DNA of 64,000 bases, from positions 1,188-65,187 of the forward strand of contig NZ_JARHYI010000121.1 in NCBI RefSeq assembly GCF_029258575.1, in the 5' to 3' direction. Every line of letters begins with the position of its first letter. Position 1 is the first letter of the stretch. Positions 38,938 to 48,015 of the stretch are shown here, piece after piece. This DNA is from Brachyspira sp. GTDB taxonomy: Bacteria > Spirochaetota > Brachyspiria > Brachyspirales > Brachyspiraceae. The notes beneath the pieces were generated by a model that worked only from the letters and a program-made list of their open reading frames with translations, was not told where the DNA came from and ran no database searches. The translations under genes and the position numbers were made by a program.

Positions 38938-40674
38938 ATGGGTAAAGAAATTATAAAACCAACATTATCAATCGATCCTAATAATTATGAATTTTTTTAT
39001 GATAATCTTATCAATACTAGAGAGATATACGATCAAATTGTAGATGTTGATAGTAGTAATCAGACTTTATATGAGGAGCTTTTAAAAAATTATGTTCGTC
39101 CCGGAGATGCTGTATTAAAATCAATCTCAAGAAGAGAAGGAATAAAAGCTAGTAAGAATGTAAAATTCGATAAAATGACTGGTATCTATAAAAGTACAGC
39201 TTATGGATATGTATTTTATGATGAATTGAAATCTGTTTCTATTATACCTGTTATTAATGTTGCAGATAAATGGAGAGGTGTAATGGTTCTTCCTCCTCAA
39301 AAACTTCAGAAAAAACAACTTATGCTTGAAGAAATACAAATTATGATATCCGAAATACCTATAAAGTTAATGGTTAATTATGATAAAATAGCTGAGCTTG
39401 TTCAGTATAATCTGAAATATGATGAAGGTGTTATGTGTGTATTTGTAGAGGGAAGAAAACCCATAGATGGCAATACTCAAAAAATTATACTTGATTATGA
39501 CTTTACAATTGATACAGGTAAGGAATCAGAAACAGGTGCTATGGATTTTAAAGAAAGAGGATTTATTCATAATATAGAGGCAGGCATACAAATTGCCCAT
39601 TTCATGCCTGAACAACCTTCTATTGACGGACTTGATATATATGATGTTCTTATGGAAGCTCATTATGATGAGGATCCTTGTTATAAATTAGGTAAAAATG
39701 TCACAGTTGATGATGACGGTATTACTATTAGAAGCGGTATGAGAGGAATATTAAGCAATCATAATAATACTTTATCCGTTAGTACTGTAGCAGAGATAGA
39801 TAAGGTGGATTTATCAACTGGAAATATAGAGGTTAATGGATCTCTTATTATTAAAGATAATGTTGCTCCTGGATTTTCAATAAAAACTGAGGGTGATATA
39901 TTTGTACATGGCAATATAGAAGATGCTTATATAGAATGTGCTGGAAATTTGATAGTTTCAGGTGGTATAATAGGCGGTCCTAATAGTACAATAAATGTTA
40001 ATGGTAAAATGTGTTCTCAGTTTATTAGAAATGCTAATATAATATGTAAGGGAGATGTATTAGCTCAGCAGCTTGTTAATTCAGAGATAGCTACTAATGA
40101 TAGAATTATAGTATTAGATGGTAAAGGTGTTATTATTGGAGGAAATGTTAAAGCTTTGAATGGTGTTTGGGCTAAAAGTATAGGTTCTATGAGCGAATCA
40201 AAAACTACTATTACAGTTGGAAGAGATGCTGAAGCTGATGCTGAGTTTAAAAATATAGTTACTACAGTGAAAACAAATAAAGAAGAAATTAGCAAAATTA
40301 AATCTCTATTAGGTACAGAGTATTTCAAAAATCCTAAAGCATTTATAGAGAGAATACCTGTAAATAAAAGAGAAGGAATAAAAGATATATTAAAAAGAAT
40401 TACAAATCTTGTAAGGGAAACTTCTCGATTGGAAGCAAGAAGAGATGAAATGAGTGCTGAATTTGAAAAATTATCTCATAGCAGTATTACTTCTATGGAA
40501 GGATTTTTCCCTGGAGTTACAATATATATTTCAAGCCTTAGAAAATATATATCCAAAAAGATTTCTGGAACGGAGTATTTTTATTCTAAAGAACTTGGTG
40601 ATATATCAGAAAAGGCTCCTAAAATGTTACCTATAGAAGAATATGATTTTCCTAGAGAGATAAATAGAGATTAA
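38938..40674 (+). CDS. FapA (DUF342) family protein
   Basis: MDFKERGFIHNI, G.DIYD, VDLSTGNIEVNGSLII.DNV..GFSIK.EGDIFVHG, GKGVIIGG. Confidence 0.85.
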   Translation: MGKEIIKPTLSIDPNNYEFFYDNLINTREIYDQIVDVDSSNQTLYEELLKNYVRPGDAVLKSISRREGIKASKNVKFDKMTGIYKSTAYGYVFYDELKSVSIIPVINVADKWRGVMVLPPQKLQKKQLMLEEIQIMISEIPIKLMVNYDKIAELVQYNLKYDEGVMCVFVEGRKPIDGNTQKIILDYDFTIDTGKESETGAMDFKERGFIHNIEAGIQIAHFMPEQPSIDGLDIYDVLMEAHYDEDPCYKLGKNVTVDDDGITIRSGMRGILSNHNNTLSVSTVAEIDKVDLSTGNIEVNGSLIIKDNVAPGFSIKTEGDIFVHGNIEDAYIECAGNLIVSGGIIGGPNSTINVNGKMCSQFIRNANIICKGDVLAQQLVNSEIATNDRIIVLDGKGVIIGGNVKALNGVWAKSIGSMSESKTTITVGRDAEADAEFKNIVTTVKTNKEEISKIKSLLGTEYFKNPKAFIERIPVNKREGIKDILKRITNLVRETSRLEARRDEMSAEFEKLSHSSITSMEGFFPGVTIYISSLRKYISKKISGTEYFYSKELGDISEKAPKMLPIEEYDFPREINRD

Positions 40675-40692
40675 AAGGTATAACAATAGAAA

Positions 40693-41388
40693 ATGAAAAT
40701 AACTGTAATTCATGGGCAAAGCCATAAAGGATCTACATACAATATCACTAAGATACTTTATGATAGGTTAGGAGGCGAGATTACCGAATTTTTTCTACCT
40801 AGAGATTTTAATGCTTTTTGTGCAGGATGCAACAGTTGTTTTTTAAGATCTGAAACATTATGTCCAAATTATGAAAAACTTAAACCTATAACAGAATCTA
40901 TGGATAATGCTGATATAATAATATTAGCGAGTCCTGTTTATGTTTATCATGTAACTGGTGCTATGAAATCCTTTTTGGATCATTATGGTTATAGATGGAT
41001 AGTTCATAGACCTCATGAATCTATGTTTAAAAAGCAGGTTGTATGTATATCTACTGCAGCTGGTGGTGGAATGAAAAGCACTTGTAAAGATATGGCAGAT
41101 AGTACATTCTTTTGGGGGGCAGCAAAGATATATAAATATGGTTTTGCTGTGAGGGAAATAACTTGGAATAGAGTTAAAGAGGATATAAAATCATCTATTT
41201 CCAAAAAAATTGAATCTGCTGCCAAAAAAATTAAAAGAGAATATGGTAAGGTAAAACCATCTATAAAAACGAAGATATTTTTTAGAATAGTGAAATCTTT
41301 GCATAAAAAGAAAACTTTTACAGAGAATGATTTTAATTATTGGAATGAAAGAGGGTGGCTTAATAATAAAGTTCCTTGGAAAGATTAA
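40693..41388 (+). CDS. NADPH-dependent FMN reductase/flavodoxin family protein
   Basis: IHGQSHKGST, CAGCNSC...C, ADIIILASPVYVYHVTGAMKSFLD. Confidence 0.85.
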   Translation: MKITVIHGQSHKGSTYNITKILYDRLGGEITEFFLPRDFNAFCAGCNSCFLRSETLCPNYEKLKPITESMDNADIIILASPVYVYHVTGAMKSFLDHYGYRWIVHRPHESMFKKQVVCISTAAGGGMKSTCKDMADSTFFWGAAKIYKYGFAVREITWNRVKEDIKSSISKKIESAAKKIKREYGKVKPSIKTKIFFRIVKSLHKKKTFTENDFNYWNERGWLNNKVPWKD

Positions 41389-41439
41389 AAATTAATAAAA
41401 GACAGGATCCGTTTTTAGAACCTGCCTTTTATTTTTATT

Positions 41440-42723
41440 TTATATTTCACATACTGGAGATTGTCTTACTTTTATTTTTACAGCACTTCCTTCACCGAAT
41501 ATTGAATTCATAACTTTTTTATATTCATTAATATCATTTACAGGTATTAAAGCTTGTATAGTTCCAGCAAATCCTCCTCCATGTACTCTGCATGCTCCTT
41601 TTCCTTTAAGGAAATCTTTTGTTAAAGTTAATCCTAAAGCAACTCCCATATTTTTTGAGCTTGTAACTGAATAACAGTTTTGTAAATACATAAAGCTAGA
41701 AAGTCCTGATTCATTCATAAGTTTTATATATGTATTTATATCATCATTTTTGAGAGCATTTATTTGATTAATTACTCTTTCGTTTTCCTCTATAAAGTGA
41801 TATGCTCTCATTACAGCCCTATCTCCAATTTCTTTTCTCAATTTAGAAGCATTTTCAATTAATTGGTCTTTAGTTATTTCTCTGCATACTTTTTTACCAA
41901 AATAGTTTGCTATTGAATTCATCTCTTCTCTTATAGCAGCATATTCATTTGTAAGTGAACTATGATCTCCTTTGGCATCCACTATCATAAGGGCATATCC
42001 TTTACTTTCAAAATCATATTCTACTTTTTCTATTATAGGATTATCATTATCTTTAAAATCTATAGACATAATTCCACCTACAGAGCATCCCATCTGATCC
42101 ATAAGCCCACAAGGTTTTCCAAAGTACATATTTTCAGCATATTGCCCTATCTTTGCTATATCAATTTTACTTATCTTATCATCATTATATAAAGCATTTT
42201 GTATTTCACCAATTAAAGATTCAAAACTTGCAGAACTACTTAATCCGCTTCCGATAAGTACTTTATTATTTATAGTTATAGTACATCCTCCTATTTTATA
42301 TCCTCTATTTTTTATTGCTGCACAAACTCCTCTTGTTAAAGCATTAGATTTGCCATATTCATCTTTATTTATGTCCAAATCATTTATATCTATAATATCA
42401 GGATTGTTTGAATAATCAGTATAAACAGCTATTTTATCATCATTTCTTTTTGAAACTACTGCCAATTTATCTAAATTTATAGAGGCAGTTAATACACATC
42501 CATTATTATGGTCTGTATGATTTCCAGAAAGCTCTGTTCTCCCAGAAGCACTAAATAAATATATTTCATCGGTTTTATCTATACTCTCAAAATGTTTTAT
42601 AGTATCAGATAATCTATTATAGGCTTCTGATATACTATCTTCATCTCCTCCGTATATTAAAGAAAATTTTTCGTCCATACTTTTTTCTTTTATTAAATTT
42701 TTTAATTGGCTTATATTATACAT
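41440..42723 (-). CDS. galK: Galactokinase
   Basis: GRTELSGNHTDHN, GSGLSSSA, GKPCGLMDQ, RVHGGGFAGT. Confidence 0.93.
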   Translation of the reverse strand: MYNISQLKNLIKEKSMDEKFSLIYGGDEDSISEAYNRLSDTIKHFESIDKTDEIYLFSASGRTELSGNHTDHNNGCVLTASINLDKLAVVSKRNDDKIAVYTDYSNNPDIIDINDLDINKDEYGKSNALTRGVCAAIKNRGYKIGGCTITINNKVLIGSGLSSSASFESLIGEIQNALYNDDKISKIDIAKIGQYAENMYFGKPCGLMDQMGCSVGGIMSIDFKDNDNPIIEKVEYDFESKGYALMIVDAKGDHSSLTNEYAAIREEMNSIANYFGKKVCREITKDQLIENASKLRKEIGDRAVMRAYHFIEENERVINQINALKNDDINTYIKLMNESGLSSFMYLQNCYSVTSSKNMGVALGLTLTKDFLKGKGACRVHGGGFAGTIQALIPVNDINEYKKVMNSIFGEGSAVKIKVRQSPVCEI

Positions 42724-42819
42724 ATGAAATCCTTATATTTTTATATGTTATATGATATATAATTCTATTAATTTTGTCAAAGAAAAACGATAAAAATCAA
42801 AATATTTTACAATTACAGT

Positions 42820-42984
42820 ATGTATTTACTAAAAGCAGTAGAACAGCAAAGAGGAGTTGATCAAGTTAATTAGGCTATATTAAGAATGGAGGCAAGTAGT
42901 TAGGAGAATGCTAGTTTGGTAAAACAGTTAAAAGAAGCAAGTATGACATTTGTTTATTATTTTTCAGATATTTTTTTTAATTAA
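42820..42984 (+). pseudogene. Remnant of an MCP C-terminus with two in-frame TAG stops
   Basis: Manual translation AVEQQRGVDQVN*AILRMEASS*ENASLVKQLKEAS; TAG at 42871 and 42901; compare ITQENAHLV in the MCP at 49053. Confidence 0.65.
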
Positions 42985-43130
42985 TCTCTATTTTCAAACA
43001 AATATCCATTAGATGCTAATTCTGGAAGAACTATTAAATTAGAATTTGTATCTTTAATAAAATCATTAATTATTTCTAAATTTTTATATTTATCTTTCTG
43101 TATATCAAATTCTAAAGCACTAATCTTCAT
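42981..43130 (-). pseudogene. Truncated carbon-nitrogen hydrolase (nitrilase superfamily), N-terminal 49 aa only
   Basis: MKISALEFDIQKDKYKNLEII...NLIVLPELASNGYLFENRD*; LIVLPEL..xGY is the catalytic-Glu motif; start overlaps the end of the LRR gene. Confidence 0.72.
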
Positions 43131-44076
43131 AATAGTCTTTGTATCCCTTTTCCTCCAATAATTTTTTTGTTCTTCTATCCCAATTTTTATCATCGGTTAT
43201 AACGGATACATATTTAATTCTAGGAGCATTTTCCTTTGATAGTATATCTACATTAAAGCATTTTATGTTTTCTAGTATTAATATTCTTATTCTATGATGA
43301 TTTAATATAGCATCCATATTTTCAAGATTTCTTAAATTAGTTAATGTTACTTTTTTCAAATCCTCTAAATTGCTCAAATTAGGAATTTCTTTTAAAGTTG
43401 GTATATTATTTAGCTCCAATGCTTTAAGAGTTTTCATTTCAGATAAGAAATTAAAAGATTTTATATTTTTTCCTTTTTCTATGTATATCTCTTCAAGTTC
43501 AGGAAGTTTTTTAGGCATCTCTTCTTCATGTGAAACTCCTGAAAGAATAGCTATCTTTTTCAAATTAGGATTCTTATCAAAAGATTCCATTCTAAATCTT
43601 CCAGCACCTATTTCTTTGATTGTATTTCTCATAGATAAATAAACATCTTGTTTCAATGTAAGTCCATTTTCTATATATATACTTTCTAAATTTTCTATAT
43701 TATCAAGAGGCTTTAATTCCATATCTTTTGGTAAGTCTCCGTATAGATGAAGACTTTTCAAATTTACTAGTCTTGAAAATATATTAATATTTTTTAAAGG
43801 ATATTTAAGAGAAGCATGATATATAAGGTTTTTTATATCTGGTAAAGCTATAAGCAAATCATTTCCACTTATATTATTTTTATTACTTTCATTTTTTTCT
43901 GAAGATATATTCAAAAAGAAATCTTCTCTTTTTCTTAGTACATCATTTAAAGTATTAATATTTTCTTTTTTTATACCTGCATCGTCTATAAATAAAATAT
44001 AGCTTTCTTTTGAAAGTCCCAAATCAAAAAGAGCTTGATTGTCTAATTCTGAAATTTTTATTTTTTTTATCATCAT
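43120..44076 (-). CDS. Leucine-rich repeat protein
   Basis: Repeated LxxLxL units (LKSLHL, LESIYI, LEEIYI, LKALEL, LKKVTL, IRILIL); no signal peptide. Confidence 0.8.
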   Translation of the reverse strand: MMIKKIKISELDNQALFDLGLSKESYILFIDDAGIKKENINTLNDVLRKREDFFLNISSEKNESNKNNISGNDLLIALPDIKNLIYHASLKYPLKNINIFSRLVNLKSLHLYGDLPKDMELKPLDNIENLESIYIENGLTLKQDVYLSMRNTIKEIGAGRFRMESFDKNPNLKKIAILSGVSHEEEMPKKLPELEEIYIEKGKNIKSFNFLSEMKTLKALELNNIPTLKEIPNLSNLEDLKKVTLTNLRNLENMDAILNHHRIRILILENIKCFNVDILSKENAPRIKYVSVITDDKNWDRRTKKLLEEKGYKDYYED

Positions 44077-44140
44077 ATTACCTTATTATTATATTATATA
44101 AAAAATATGTTAATTATTCAATACATAAATATTCTTTTTA

Positions 44141-45667
44141 TTATAAAACAGGAGCTATTATTCGGCAAGCTGAATTTCTTAGTCTTACAAGCATAGGTTG
44201 TTTGGAATATTCTTCAATTGTTATTTTATGAGAATTAAGCATATCTTTTTTAAATATATTTTCAAATTTTTTGGCTGTATCAACATCATATATAACGGCA
44301 TTCATTTCATAATGTAAATAGAAACTTCTTATATCCATATTGCAAGTACCGCAAGATACTATTCTGCTGTCAATAACACAAAATTTGCTATGAAGAAAAC
44401 CTTTTTCATAAAGATAAATATTAACACCAGCCTTGAGTAAAGTTTCAAAATAAGTTTGTGCCACCCACCAAGCAATTAATTTATCAGGTTTTCCAGTTAT
44501 CATTAAATTAACATCTATTTCTGATAGAGCGGCATTTTCTAAAGTGCTTAAAAATCCATCGTCTGGTACAAAATAAGGACTTTCTATATAAATACTTTCT
44601 TTTGCCTCTTCTATCATTTTTGAATATACTTTTTGTATAGTATCCCATTTTGAGTCTGCTCCTGAAGTTATAATTTGAACAGGTAGAAATTTATCCGTAT
44701 TAGATTTTGGGAATAGATCTTTTTTAATAATATAAACTTTTTCTTCATCCAATTCTTCATTAGCATATTTAATTTTTATTAAATGTCTTCGTTTATTTTC
44801 ATTGATATTAAAAACTTCTAAATCTCTTCCGCCAGCATTGTACCAATCGCATACGAATACATTTTGTATAAGATTGCATGTATCTCCTACAATTCTCATA
44901 TGAACATCTTTCCAAGAATCAAAACGTTTTCCTCCATCTATGTATTCCTGACCTAAATTCATACCTCCCATATATGATACAAGCCCATCTATAACAACTA
45001 TTTTTCTATGATTTCTATAATTTACAAATCTAGTCCATAATATTGAAAAAGGATCATGATAATATAAAAATTTTATTCCATTTTCTTTTAATTCTTTTCT
45101 GTATTTTTTACTTATTCTTTTTAAAGATCCTACACCGTCAAATATAAGCCTTATCTTTACTCCTTCTTTTGCTTTTTTTATTAAAACATCTTTTATTCTA
45201 TTTCCTAATTTATCACTTCTCCATATAAAGTATTCCATATGTATAGTTTTCTCTGCCAATTTCAAATCTTTAATCATAGCATCAAAAAGTTCTTGCCCTT
45301 CATCAAATATAGCAACTTCATTTTGAACTGTTATAGGAGAATAACCGCTTTTTATAGCAAGTTTAACCAAATTTACATGTTTGCTGTAATTACCATGCAT
45401 ATTATCAAGTATTTCTATTTGTTCTTTCAATAGAGATGAAAAATATTTTTTTATCATATCTTCAGGAAGTTTAGCAGAAATTTTCTTTTTTGATTTTTTC
45501 CAATTCATTCCTAAAAATATATAAAATATAACTCCTATATAAGGCAGAAATACCAAAACGGTAAGCCATGCTATAAATGAGTATGGAGGTCTGTTTTCCA
45601 GAAGCATTTTTATAGATATAAATATTACATATAGAAAAAATATTATAGTTAAAATATAGAAAATCAT
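44141..45667 (-). CDS. cls: Cardiolipin synthase
   Basis: Two N-terminal TMs; HKD motifs RNHRKIVVIDG and LHSKFCVIDS; NMDIRSFYLHYE. Confidence 0.95.
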   Translation of the reverse strand: MIFYILTIIFFLYVIFISIKMLLENRPPYSFIAWLTVLVFLPYIGVIFYIFLGMNWKKSKKKISAKLPEDMIKKYFSSLLKEQIEILDNMHGNYSKHVNLVKLAIKSGYSPITVQNEVAIFDEGQELFDAMIKDLKLAEKTIHMEYFIWRSDKLGNRIKDVLIKKAKEGVKIRLIFDGVGSLKRISKKYRKELKENGIKFLYYHDPFSILWTRFVNYRNHRKIVVIDGLVSYMGGMNLGQEYIDGGKRFDSWKDVHMRIVGDTCNLIQNVFVCDWYNAGGRDLEVFNINENKRRHLIKIKYANEELDEEKVYIIKKDLFPKSNTDKFLPVQIITSGADSKWDTIQKVYSKMIEEAKESIYIESPYFVPDDGFLSTLENAALSEIDVNLMITGKPDKLIAWWVAQTYFETLLKAGVNIYLYEKGFLHSKFCVIDSRIVSCGTCNMDIRSFYLHYEMNAVIYDVDTAKKFENIFKKDMLNSHKITIEEYSKQPMLVRLRNSACRIIAPVL

Positions 45668-45767
45668 TATTATGCCAATTAAAAAAATATAGATTATAAT
45701 AGTATATGAAAAATTATAAAAGTCAATTGTATTAACATTAACATAATAATAAATTTTATTAAAGTAC

Positions 45768-45795
45768 TTGACAAAATTTATTAGTAGGATAAAAT
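45768..45795 (+). promoter_or_regulatory. Sigma70-type promoter for rimP-nusA
   Basis: TTGACA (45768-45773), 16 bp spacer, TAAAAT (45790-45795). Confidence 0.6.
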
Positions 45796-45823
45796 AAAAC
45801 TACTTCCGAAAATATTTGTAATG

Positions 45824-45867
45824 AAGGGCGTTGGTTTTCTTCTAAAAGAAGCCGACACTCTTTTTTT
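45824..45867 (+). promoter_or_regulatory. Terminator-like hairpin in the rimP-nusA 5' leader (candidate attenuator)
   Basis: AAGGGCGTTGGTTTTCTT-CTAA-AAGAAGCCGACACTCTT stem with G-U pairs followed by a T run; lies between promoter and rimP start. Confidence 0.6.
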
Positions 45868-45907
45868 ATATCTTTATTCTAGGAAAATATTATAAAATAG
45901 TATTTGT

Positions 45908-46468
45908 ATGAATAATAAAAGTAGACCTCAAAAGCAAAAAGAATACGGCAGAGAGCCTAAAAAAAAGAAATTAAAAAATGATAAGAAGAAAAAAATAGAA
46001 ATTAATATAATAGATGAAACTTTATTATTTAATGAAATAGAAGGTATTTTACAAGAAAAAGGAATATATTTGCTTGATTTGAAAGTAAGAGCTATTTCTG
46101 ATAATAAAAAACTTTATGCTGTTATTTTTAAGAAGAAAGAAAGTGTATCGCATAGTCATTGTATAGAAACTACAAGAATAATACAAAACAGTATAAAGTC
46201 TAATGGGTATGATGAGGGAGATTATACTATTACAGTTTCTTCTGCAGGCTTTAGATGGAAATTTGATGATAGATATGAATTATTTGAGGATATGCCTATA
46301 AAAATAAAGTATAAAGATGGAGAAGATTTTATTACAGTTACGGCAGTATTAAAAGAAGCTAAAGATGATTATATTATCATAAGTGTTTTTGATGAAGATA
46401 ATATTATAAATGAAAAAAATATTAAAATATTAAAAAATGATATTATAAAAGCAAGATTAAATTGTTAA
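45908..46468 (+). CDS. rimP: Ribosome maturation factor RimP
   Basis: HCIETTRII, YTITVSSAG, IIKARL; directly upstream of nusA. Confidence 0.8.
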   Translation: MNNKSRPQKQKEYGREPKKKKLKNDKKKKIEINIIDETLLFNEIEGILQEKGIYLLDLKVRAISDNKKLYAVIFKKKESVSHSHCIETTRIIQNSIKSNGYDEGDYTITVSSAGFRWKFDDRYELFEDMPIKIKYKDGEDFITVTAVLKEAKDDYIIISVFDEDNIINEKNIKILKNDIIKARLNC

Positions 46469-46525
46469 TATTTATATACTTATATGTGTATGTGATTTAT
46501 AAAAAATAAAAAATGGAGAATCAAG

Positions 46526-48001
46526 ATGTTTGAAAACGTTGGAACTTATTTACAGCAGTTATCTGATGAAAAGGATATTAGCGTAGAACTTTTAAAAGAA
46601 GTTATAGAATCTACTATGATTTTGGCTTTGAAAAAGAAATATGGTAATGATATAAATTTCCATATACATTTTGATAATAAAAATAATCCCACTGTATATA
46701 AGGCAGCTAACGTTGTAGAAGAGGTTAATGATAAGAATAAAGAAATATCTCTTGAAGAAGCTAAGAAATTAGATCAGGATATTAACTTGGGTGATGAAGT
46801 TTTGATATTAGTAGATCAGGTTGAAGCATTCGGAAGAATAGAAAGTACAGTGGCAAGAACTGCATTTTTCCAGAAGATTTCTGAGCTTGAAAAAAATATT
46901 ATATTTAAAGAGTTTAAAAGAAGAGAAAATCAGCTTGTTAATGGATATTTTCAGAGGGAGAACAGAGGAAATATTTATGTTAATTTAGGAAAGACTGAAG
47001 GTTTATTGTCCAAAAAAGATCAGTCTCCAAGAGAGCATTATACAGCTGGAGATAGAATAAGAGCGTATATTTATAAAGTTGAAAATGATAAGGCTGGACA
47101 TCCTACTATATTTTTAACTAGAACTAAAGCTGATTTTATTAAGAAATTATTTGAATTGGAAATACCTGAAATTGCTGATGGTACTATAGAAATTAAGAAT
47201 GTTGTAAGACAGCCTGGTTTAAAAATAAAAGTTGCTGTTGTATCAAATAAGCCTGAAGTTGATCCTATAGGAGCTTGTATCGGACAGAAAGGTATTCGTA
47301 TACAATCTGTAATCAAAGAGATAGAAGGCGAGAAAATAGATGTTGTAAAATGGTCTAAAGATATAAGAGAATATATTGCTGAGGCTATAACTCCTGCTAA
47401 GCCTATTAGAATCATTATTACAGATCCTGAAAAGAAAGAGGCTATGATTATTATACCAGATGAACAGCTTTCTCTTGCATTAGGAAAGAGCGGATATAAT
47501 GTTAAACTTGCTTCACAGCTTACAGGATACTATTTCGATATAAAAACAGAAACTGATATTAAAGAAAATCCTGAATTATTAAAGGATATAGTTCCTTTGA
47601 ATCAGATATTCTCAGAAAATACTGAAGAAATAGAAACTTCTTACGAGGAATCAGAAATAGAAGAGGTATTTGAAAGTAATTTATATTCTTTACAGGGTAT
47701 TGATGAATCTATTATTAAAACTCTCATAGATAATAATATTAATTCTATAGAAGAGTTATATAATATGTCTGTTGATGATATTATAGAAAAAACTAATTTA
47801 GAAAAAGATACAGTTGATAATTTAATTTCTGTAATGAAGGATGTTGTTGAGGTTGTAGAGGCTTCAGGAGATGAATATGAAACTACTTCTGAAGATATTG
47901 TTGAAGAAATAGAAGTTTATGAATGTCCTAATTGCGGATCAAATATCACTGAAGATATGACTAAATGTCCTAAATGTGGTATTGAACTTTCTTTTGAATA
48001 A
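46526..48001 (+). CDS. nusA: Transcription factor NusA with acidic C-terminal extension and zinc ribbon
   Basis: FGRIESTVAR, S1 domain, LFELEIPEI.DG, DPIGACIG.KG, LSLALGKSGYNVKLAS.LTG; C-terminal CPNC...CPKC. Confidence 0.96.
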   Translation: MFENVGTYLQQLSDEKDISVELLKEVIESTMILALKKKYGNDINFHIHFDNKNNPTVYKAANVVEEVNDKNKEISLEEAKKLDQDINLGDEVLILVDQVEAFGRIESTVARTAFFQKISELEKNIIFKEFKRRENQLVNGYFQRENRGNIYVNLGKTEGLLSKKDQSPREHYTAGDRIRAYIYKVENDKAGHPTIFLTRTKADFIKKLFELEIPEIADGTIEIKNVVRQPGLKIKVAVVSNKPEVDPIGACIGQKGIRIQSVIKEIEGEKIDVVKWSKDIREYIAEAITPAKPIRIIITDPEKKEAMIIIPDEQLSLALGKSGYNVKLASQLTGYYFDIKTETDIKENPELLKDIVPLNQIFSENTEEIETSYEESEIEEVFESNLYSLQGIDESIIKTLIDNNINSIEELYNMSVDDIIEKTNLEKDTVDNLISVMKDVVEVVEASGDEYETTSEDIVEEIEVYECPNCGSNITEDMTKCPKCGIELSFE

Positions 48002-48015
48002 TTGAGTATATTTTT

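Noticed and set aside
43131-43193. N-terminal extension of track ORF 42981..43193
   Set aside because: Lies inside the LRR gene; nitrilase similarity begins at the ATG at 43130
45821-45895. 24-codon leader ORF MKGVGFLLKEADTLFLYLYSRKIL over the rimP leader hairpin
   Set aside because: No Shine-Dalgarno and no regulatory codon run; likely chance, though ribosome profiling could test it
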